Under the pieces are notes generated by a model. The model had not been told where the DNA came from, did no database searches, and worked only from the letters and a program-made list of their open reading frames with translations. A program made the translations under genes and the position numbers. Positions 57,914 through 64,000 of a stretch of DNA of 64,000 nucleotides are shown piece after piece; the stretch's first letter is position 1, and each line of letters opens with the position of its first letter. Origin of the DNA: Bacteroidales bacterium (GTDB lineage: Bacteria > Bacteroidota > Bacteroidia > Bacteroidales > ML635J-15); assembly GCA_035343375.1 (NCBI GenBank), contig DAOQYW010000010.1:2236-66235 (forward strand). Direction: 5' to 3'.

Positions 57914-58699
57914 ATGAAAACGATACTTTATTTTTGTTTTATAATTATATCATTTAATATATATGGACATAAGGAAAAACAATTTGTACCACCGGGAACT
58001 GTAAAACTGAATGAATCTTTATACGTTGATAAAACAGAGGTTTCAAATATTTCATATAAAGAATATATTTATTGGAACAAAAAGTTCAAAGGAGAGAACT
58101 CACCTGAGTATTTATTCTGTTTGCCGGACACTACTGTGTGGGAAGAACCTTTAAGAAGTATATATTTGTGGCATCCTGCTTATGAAGAATATCCAGTTGT
58201 TGGAATATCTTACGAACAAGCTGTTGACTATTGTAAGTGGAGAAGTGATAGAGTAAACGAGCTTTTTTACTTGAAAGAGAACAAGTTAAGTAAAAATACA
58301 GATTTGAGTAATGTCGATATCCCACAAAAAGTGATTTTTCGTCTTCCGACAAAGGCAGAATGGCAGATTATTGCAGTAGTGAATTATTCAAAAAAATCGA
58401 TTAACAAGTTAAATAGTAAAAAATCAGGTTCTAGAGCTCGTTGTAATTTTGCAGGTAATAATATTGAAGATATAAATTCAGATAAGTGTCAAATTACATG
58501 CCCTGTAAAATCATATGTTCCAAATTTACTGGGCATTTATTGTATTGATGGAAATGTTGCAGAAATGATAGATGAGAAAGGAATTGCAAAAGGAGGAAGC
58601 TGGAAGCATAAGGAAGAAGAATATAATGTTGACAAGGATTATTGTTATACTAAACCGGAAGTTTGGTTAGGATTTCGTTGTGTTTGTGAGGTCTTGTAA
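57914..58699 (+). CDS. Formylglycine-generating-enzyme (SUMF1/FGE-sulfatase) family protein, exported
   Basis: A signal peptide is present. Motifs typical of the FGE fold are YPVVGISYEQAVDYCKWRS, RLPTKAEW and GGSWKH. Confidence 0.65.
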   Translation: MKTILYFCFIIISFNIYGHKEKQFVPPGTVKLNESLYVDKTEVSNISYKEYIYWNKKFKGENSPEYLFCLPDTTVWEEPLRSIYLWHPAYEEYPVVGISYEQAVDYCKWRSDRVNELFYLKENKLSKNTDLSNVDIPQKVIFRLPTKAEWQIIAVVNYSKKSINKLNSKKSGSRARCNFAGNNIEDINSDKCQITCPVKSYVPNLLGIYCIDGNVAEMIDEKGIAKGGSWKHKEEEYNVDKDYCYTKPEVWLGFRCVCEVL

Positions 58700-58730
58700 T
58701 AGATTTAATGATAATTTGTGAATAATTTTC

Positions 58731-58833
58731 AACTCTGCGGAACTCTGTGTCCTCTGCGGTAAAATAGATGAGTTAAGAGTGTTAATTGTGGGGAATTAAA
58801 CGCAGAGAACGCCAAGAAGTCGCAGAGAGTCGC
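58731..58833. repeat. Inverted cluster of CTCTGCG / CGCAGAG short repeats
   Basis: AACTCTGCGG-AACTCTGTGT-CCTCTGCGGT lies at 58731-58760 and faces CGCAGAGAAC...CGCAGAGAGTCG at 58801-58832 across a spacer of about 40 nt. Confidence 0.7.
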
Positions 58834-58941
58834 TGAAAAAGATGTATAAATAAAATGAAGTAGAGAATAATTATTAGCTTTGTGGAGCTCCGTATTTTTG
58901 AGGTTAAAAGGATAGAAGTAGATTATTTTACATGATAAGTT

Positions 58942-59259
58942 ATGAAAAATAAAAAAATTGGTTTTAAGTTAGGTCTTGCCCTTGCTATTATAGGATTTTT
59001 TTTAGGAGTAATTAATCATTTGCTTCTAGAAGTATTTAATTTTACTCTAAATATTCTTCTGGGATATCCTTTGTTTTTTTGTCTTGGTTTATCTATGGTA
59101 ATCTTCCCCGGGCCGGAACAAACAGAACTTAAAACGCAAGAAGATATTAAAAGCTTTTGGAAATCTACGTCAATAGTACATAAATTAGTCTGGGGATTGT
59201 TTTTTGTTGGAGGAATTATCGTGACTGTTGCATTAATGATTTATTACAATTTGAAGTAA
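58942..59259 (+). CDS. Small hypothetical membrane protein
   Basis: The 105-aa protein has three predicted hydrophobic helices. I recognised no family. Confidence 0.4.
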   Translation: MKNKKIGFKLGLALAIIGFFLGVINHLLLEVFNFTLNILLGYPLFFCLGLSMVIFPGPEQTELKTQEDIKSFWKSTSIVHKLVWGLFFVGGIIVTVALMIYYNLK

Positions 59260-59348
59260 AAAATGAATTTCATAATCAACTTTGATTATTTGAACAGATA
59301 ATCAAACGTATATAAATTTTATTATTTTTGTGCTATAAAACATAGATT

Positions 59349-61229
59349 ATGCTTCAATCTCAACTTAAGACCTTAATGATAGATGCCAACACCGGTTTTT
59401 ATAAAATTTTAAGGCATAAAATCGGCAATTTCTGGGGACCTGTTGATCTTGGATTGCATCTTTCGTATAAATACAATAGTTTAAATATCGGTACAGGTTT
59501 GTTGTCCGGATCTATTTTTCCGGGTTCGAATCGTTTGATTTTTACAGGAATTAGTCCGTGTTGGCATGGGTTCTATATTTCAAGTATGGGAGGAGCAGGG
59601 CTTGTCTTTGATAATCTCGGAATAAATTTGCTGTCAATTAAAGGAAAAGCAAACTCGCCCTCAATTCTATACCTGAATCGTATTCATGGTGAGGAAATTC
59701 AGGTGGAATTGCTGCCTATAAGTGTTGACGAAATATGGGAACAAGGTCGCAAAGGTATTTATGCCATGATGCAATACTCTCATGAGAAATTCGGAGACCG
59801 CTATGAGGAAGATCCTCGAATTCTGGCTGTGGGACCGGCAGCAAAGTATTCTGATATAGGGGCAATTTGTTCGGCTCCGATAAAAAAGGGCAGTATTACT
59901 TATGTTGATACCTGGGCAGGTAGAGGTGGTTTTGGAACCAAGTTGCTGTCAGAGCATGGAATAGCAGCTGTAATTTATGGAGGAACTTTTGCTGACGAGG
60001 ATTTTAGGGATAGAAAAGTTGCAGACGAATGGTTTGAAGACAGGTACAATAAAAAACTTGCAGCAAAAGATATTGAAGCAACAACAAAATATCGCTACGA
60101 CCCGAAATTTAATACCGGTGGTACATTTGGTGTAAATTATGCCAATATGGATGATTATGTGATGGCATTTAATTATCGAACAATATACTGGACAGCAGAA
60201 CAAAGGAGGGAATTACATAAGAAATTTATATTAGATCATTATCTTAAGCAGTTTAATGAAGAAACCATAGCAACTAAACAACAAAAAAACTGCGGAGAAC
60301 CATGTGTTGCGGTTTGCAAAAAAATGAATGATGAATACAAGAAAGATTATGAACCATACCAGACACTAGGTCCATTGTGCGGAATTTTTGATCAAAGGGC
60401 AGCCGAAAAACTTAATGGCAAAGCAGATAGCATGGGTTTCGATGCGATTTCGCTTGGTGGTGTGCTTTCGTGGTTGATGGATTGTTTGGATACAGGGTTG
60501 ATAACACCTGAGCAATTGGGAATAAACTCAAAACCGATTTTTAATCCTGAAGGATTTGATGTTGTGAAGGACTCAATGCATAATGCTGAACTTGGAATTG
60601 ATATGATAGATCAAATTCTTAAACAGAATTCGAAAATAGATTTGCATTTAGGTGCAAGAAAGATTGCCAGAGCCTGGGCAAAGGGTTGTTCACATGAAAT
60701 AATGGATAAATTTGTTTATACTGCATTTGCCCGTCAAGGCTGGATGGTTCCTAATCAGTATTGGACACCGGGTGTGCTGGCACCTATGGGTATAATGGGA
60801 AAATATTACAACGATTATGGTCGTGAGTTTATATCTCCGCGTAAATTAGGACAAAATTGTGCCAATAGAATGAAAAAAGAATTTGTCCTTGATAATCTTG
60901 GAATTTGCCGTTTTCATCGTGCTTGGGCAGAAGATATTATGCCCGATGTTGTGGATAAGCTGTTTGGTAACAAAGAGGGCTTTATAGAAGCAATTGACCT
61001 TGCTGCCAGCCGAATTAATAGTAGGAATTCATCAGTATTTTGGGAGTCGGAACGTAATATGGATTATGTTTTTGAGTTTTTAAAGAAAAAACAAATAACC
61101 GAAAAAGATAATGAAGAGTTGAATGAGTGGATAAGAAGGTTCGAACAAGATAAACACTCTGCTGCTTATGATTTTTGGTACGAAATCCATAAAGGAATTC
61201 ATGAGTCTTTGAGAGAATTTCCGGTGTGA
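59349..61229 (+). CDS. Aldehyde:ferredoxin oxidoreductase (AOR) family tungsto/molybdopterin enzyme, divergent member
   Basis: The AOR N-domain carries AGRGGFGTKL. It also carries a YEPYQTLGPLCG motif equivalent to the EYE motif, DSMGFDAISLGG, and LDNLGICRF (the fourth cluster Cys). The cluster motif reads CGEPCVAVC. Confidence 0.75.
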   Translation: MLQSQLKTLMIDANTGFYKILRHKIGNFWGPVDLGLHLSYKYNSLNIGTGLLSGSIFPGSNRLIFTGISPCWHGFYISSMGGAGLVFDNLGINLLSIKGKANSPSILYLNRIHGEEIQVELLPISVDEIWEQGRKGIYAMMQYSHEKFGDRYEEDPRILAVGPAAKYSDIGAICSAPIKKGSITYVDTWAGRGGFGTKLLSEHGIAAVIYGGTFADEDFRDRKVADEWFEDRYNKKLAAKDIEATTKYRYDPKFNTGGTFGVNYANMDDYVMAFNYRTIYWTAEQRRELHKKFILDHYLKQFNEETIATKQQKNCGEPCVAVCKKMNDEYKKDYEPYQTLGPLCGIFDQRAAEKLNGKADSMGFDAISLGGVLSWLMDCLDTGLITPEQLGINSKPIFNPEGFDVVKDSMHNAELGIDMIDQILKQNSKIDLHLGARKIARAWAKGCSHEIMDKFVYTAFARQGWMVPNQYWTPGVLAPMGIMGKYYNDYGREFISPRKLGQNCANRMKKEFVLDNLGICRFHRAWAEDIMPDVVDKLFGNKEGFIEAIDLAASRINSRNSSVFWESERNMDYVFEFLKKKQITEKDNEELNEWIRRFEQDKHSAAYDFWYEIHKGIHESLREFPV

Positions 61230-61245
61230 GATTTTATAATAAAAA

Positions 61246-61267
61246 AAGACTTGCCTTGGCAAGTCTT
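61246..61267. terminator. Bidirectional hairpin terminator between convergent AOR and LOG genes
   Basis: The stem AAGACTTGC / GCAAGTCTT is preceded by an A run and followed by T/A-rich sequence. Confidence 0.5.
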
Positions 61268-61285
61268 GAAATAAAACATAAGTTT

Positions 61286-61996
61286 TTAAAAATTTGGTTT
61301 TAATTTATAATGCTGATAGAAATCGTCAATAATTTTTACGGCTTCTTCAGGTTTGTCAACAATATGAAATAAATTCATATCTTCACTGGAGATGTTTTTC
61401 TCCTTGTCCAACATAACTTCTTTAACCCATTTAAAAAGGCCTGACCAATATTCTTTATCTAGAAGAACTATCGGGAATTTAGCGATTTTTTTGGTTTGAA
61501 TTAAGGTTATAGCTTCAAAAAGCTCATCAAAAGTTCCAAAACCACCAGGGAAGACGATAAAACCTTGAGAATATTTCATGAACATAACTTTACGAACAAA
61601 GAAATAGTCGAAAGTTACGAGTTTGTCATCATCAATAAATTCATTAGCATGTTGTTCAAATTCAAGTTGGATATTACAACCTGCTGATTTCCCGTCACCT
61701 GCACTTGCGCCTTTATTACCAGCTTCCATAATTCCAGGACCGCCACCGGTAATTATACCGAAACCTTTTTGAGTCAGCAAATATGCAGTTTCGGTTGCCA
61801 TTTTGTAATATTTATTATCAGGCTTTGTGCGTGCCGAACCAAAAATCGAAACACAAGGTCCAATTTGTGATAAATGGTCGTAGCCGTTAACAAATTCTCC
61901 CATTATTTTGAATATACTCCACGAATCATTTGATTTTCTTTCAGCCCATGTTCTCTCTTCAAATGAATCTCTTATTAATTTTTCTTCATCGGTCAT
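61286..61996 (-). CDS. LOG-family protein (TIGR00730-type nucleotide phosphoribohydrolase)
   Basis: Motifs are GGGPGIMEA and PGGFGTFDELFE. Confidence 0.85.
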   Translation of the reverse strand: MTDEEKLIRDSFEERTWAERKSNDSWSIFKIMGEFVNGYDHLSQIGPCVSIFGSARTKPDNKYYKMATETAYLLTQKGFGIITGGGPGIMEAGNKGASAGDGKSAGCNIQLEFEQHANEFIDDDKLVTFDYFFVRKVMFMKYSQGFIVFPGGFGTFDELFEAITLIQTKKIAKFPIVLLDKEYWSGLFKWVKEVMLDKEKNISSEDMNLFHIVDKPEEAVKIIDDFYQHYKLKPNF

Positions 61997-62027
61997 AATT
62001 ATTGGATTTAAATTTTTGTAAAAATAA

Positions 62028-62951
62028 CTAATTTATTAATGACAGCAAATCATTGCGAAAATCTAACGCTGTTTGATATCTTTTTCCTAGTGATTTGATA
62101 ATTAAGATTTTAATTTCATCAGCTGTATATTCTTTTGATGATTTTATCAATTCCGGTTTAGTGGTCGCTTTTGAAATAACATTATATAGTTCATCATCAA
62201 ATCGGTAATGTTTATCAATTTTAACTACCGATTGAAATCTTTTTATAAACATCGGATTGGAAGTGTTCAATGCAGGCTCCTTTGCTATAGCTTCGTAAAG
62301 AATGACGCCCATGCTGAAAATATCAGAATGTTCGCCAACAAGTTCGCTGAATCCAAATACCTGTTCAGGACTCCCATACATTATATTAAATGATTTTCCT
62401 CCTCCTTCAAGAGCACCTGTCTGAAAACATGGTTTTAAACTGCTTAAATCAATAAATTTAATGATAGGATTATTAAAGTCAATATCTCCATCATTATTTA
62501 CTATCATAATATTAGATGGCTTAACATCACATAGACACAATTTTTCTTCGTGAATGAAAGATAAAGCATTAAGACATTCGGCAATTACTTTATAGAAAAA
62601 AGGATTGTAACGGTAATCATAATACTCGCGGTTAGCAATAAGCTCACTCAGTGTAAAACCATTTATGAATTCCTGTATCAGGAATATTTCATTTTCTTCA
62701 ACTATAAGGTCAATTGTTTTAACAATACCTGGGTGTCTTAGTTTTATACTCGCCTCGATAAAGAACTTGAGTTTTGCGGTATGATGATGATACAGAGCCG
62801 GTAACAATTGTTTGCAAACTACCTTTGTTTTTGAATCTAACTCTGCGGCAATATAAACAACAGAAAACTTATTGCGTGATAATATAGTTGTTTCTTCATT
62901 TGGAAAAAAGAAATATGAAGCATTACTGCCTTTTAATAATCTGGGTTGCAT
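62028..62951 (-). CDS. Ser/Thr protein-kinase-like protein (non-RD, atypical DFG)
   Basis: The VAIK-like motif is VVCKQL. The catalytic loop is LCDVKPSNIMI. DLS replaces DFG, and the APE-like motif is YGSPEQ. Confidence 0.6.
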   Translation of the reverse strand: MQPRLLKGSNASYFFFPNEETTILSRNKFSVVYIAAELDSKTKVVCKQLLPALYHHHTAKLKFFIEASIKLRHPGIVKTIDLIVEENEIFLIQEFINGFTLSELIANREYYDYRYNPFFYKVIAECLNALSFIHEEKLCLCDVKPSNIMIVNNDGDIDFNNPIIKFIDLSSLKPCFQTGALEGGGKSFNIMYGSPEQVFGFSELVGEHSDIFSMGVILYEAIAKEPALNTSNPMFIKRFQSVVKIDKHYRFDDELYNVISKATTKPELIKSSKEYTADEIKILIIKSLGKRYQTALDFRNDLLSLIN

Positions 62952-62952
62952 G

Positions 62953-64000
62953 CTATTTATTGTATTCTTCTAAAGCTCTACTTCCCCAGGTTTCGTCTGA
63001 TTGTAAAGCATCGTGATTATACAAAGTAGTATTCCTCTTACTGAGTAGTCTTTCCCAGTTTGGAGTTTTAACTTCTCCGGTTAAGTCTGAATGCAATAAT
63101 TCGTATTCTTTTCCGGCAATATTTGGATTATAGAAAATGAATTTTTTATTGTTTTCATTTTTTACCTTGTAGTAGTGCCAAATTTCATAAGGATAAGCGC
63201 TAGGTTCGTGCTTCGAAACATAAATATCATTTGGAACACCGTATTGCAAATAAACACGACCTCTGTCGGTCTCAAAACCTCTGTTTATTGGAGTGCGATA
63301 ATTTTTATCTACAAATTCAACTTGTTCTTTATATTGTCTCCACAATTCGCCAGGATTAACATTGTTTCTTGTCAACCAAAATTGCATAAAATAACTTTGT
63401 AGTTCCTCAACACTGGCATATTTAACCTGGTAATCAATAAACCTTTGTTCTTCCATGTCTGCAATAGGTCTTAAACAAGATACATATAGAATTAGTGAGT
63501 CTCTGTTAGTCATTTCACCTGTAAAATTTGTAGAAATGTCATAGTTTTTTATCAACTCGTTCAAAGCTGTCAAATCGTTTTGTTGAGAATTACTCCTTTG
63601 GAAAAAGAATTTTGTTTTTTGTAATGAAATATTATCTCTGTTTTTTACTTCAATAACCAAATTGTAGTTGCCTGAAGGCAAATTTTCGATATTTATTTCA
63701 CCGATGTACGGAATAATTTCCGCAGCACTAAGTTTTTTAAATCTACTGTAATCTTCAAACTCTTTGTAAGTCTCAAAACTTTCGATATAATATCTTACCA
63801 TAAAATCCCCCTGAATAAGTTTATCGGTGTTGTAAATTTCTGTATAGAAGCTGATTTTATTGAAGTTTTGAGGGTAGAAATTCGAGATATAGGGCAGAAG
63901 GTCATATCCGTTTTTTGTAAGTGCTGATACTTTTTCTGTAGGAGTAATGCTTTCGATTAGCTGAATTCCACTAAATTGGATAGTATTTGAGTTAAAGTCT
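62953..64000 (-). CDS. GWxTD-domain protein (5' end lies beyond the window)
   Basis: The motif GFETDRGRVYLQYGVPNDI...YPYEIWHYY is typical of the GWxTD domain. The reading frame stays open with no stop from 63801 to the window edge, so the Met at 63801 is probably internal. Confidence 0.6.
   Translation of the reverse strand, partial: DFNSNTIQFSGIQLIESITPTEKVSALTKNGYDLLPYISNFYPQNFNKISFYTEIYNTDKLIQGDFMVRYYIESFETYKEFEDYSRFKKLSAAEIIPYIGEINIENLPSGNYNLVIEVKNRDNISLQKTKFFFQRSNSQQNDLTALNELIKNYDISTNFTGEMTNRDSLILYVSCLRPIADMEEQRFIDYQVKYASVEELQSYFMQFWLTRNNVNPGELWRQYKEQVEFVDKNYRTPINRGFETDRGRVYLQYGVPNDIYVSKHEPSAYPYEIWHYYKVKNENNKKFIFYNPNIAGKEYELLHSDLTGEVKTPNWERLLSKRNTTLYNHDALQSDETWGSRALEEYNK

Overview
AT-rich chromosomal window. 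It most likely comes from an anaerobic member of the Bacteroidota. The basis for that is five proteins ending in type IX secretion (T9SS) C-terminal sorting domains and TTTG-N19-TAnnTTTG promoter boxes. Coding density is high and most genes fall into functional blocks.

(1) 272-9464, minus strand: a 2-hydroxyacyl-CoA-dehydratase-family (double-cubane-like) protein with its ATPase activator, then a complete selenium utilisation operon: tRNA-Sec, selA, selB, cysteine desulfurase, yedF, DUF3343, selD.

(2) 9684-28366: a [FeFe]-hydrogenase island. It holds an unusual two-gene module (fused NuoE-like/NuoF subunit plus a HydA paralog), a canonical hydCBA trimeric module, seven two-component signalling proteins, and the hydE/F/G maturases.

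(3) 28962-31390: rubrerythrin-like protein, enolase, HAD-type protein.

(4) 31388-39564: a molybdenum/tungsten cofactor block (fdhD, moeA, moaA, moaC, MOSC-MogA). It is interrupted by two T9SS cargo genes bracketed by a duplicated fdhD 3' end, by a GxxExxY gene embedded in short tandem/inverted repeats, and by another T9SS cargo gene.

(5) 40020-53426: a WtpA-type tungstate/molybdate binding protein separated from wtpB/wtpC by about 10.6 kb. That interval holds an uncharacterised operon (lipoprotein, tandem-domain T9SS protein, TonB-dependent receptor, tandem YedY/MsrP-fold-like protein, CcsA-like and truncated ResB-like membrane proteins) plus three reverse-strand housekeeping genes.

(6) 53489-64000: CotH-family T9SS protein, B12-binding radical SAM protein, FGE-family protein, a divergent aldehyde:ferredoxin oxidoreductase (AOR) family enzyme, LOG-family protein, a Ser/Thr-kinase-like protein, and a GWxTD-domain protein that runs off the window edge.

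I saw no rRNA, CRISPR array, transposase or integrase, and no in-frame-TGA selenoprotein gene. All functional calls rest on motif recognition in the supplied translations. No database search was possible.
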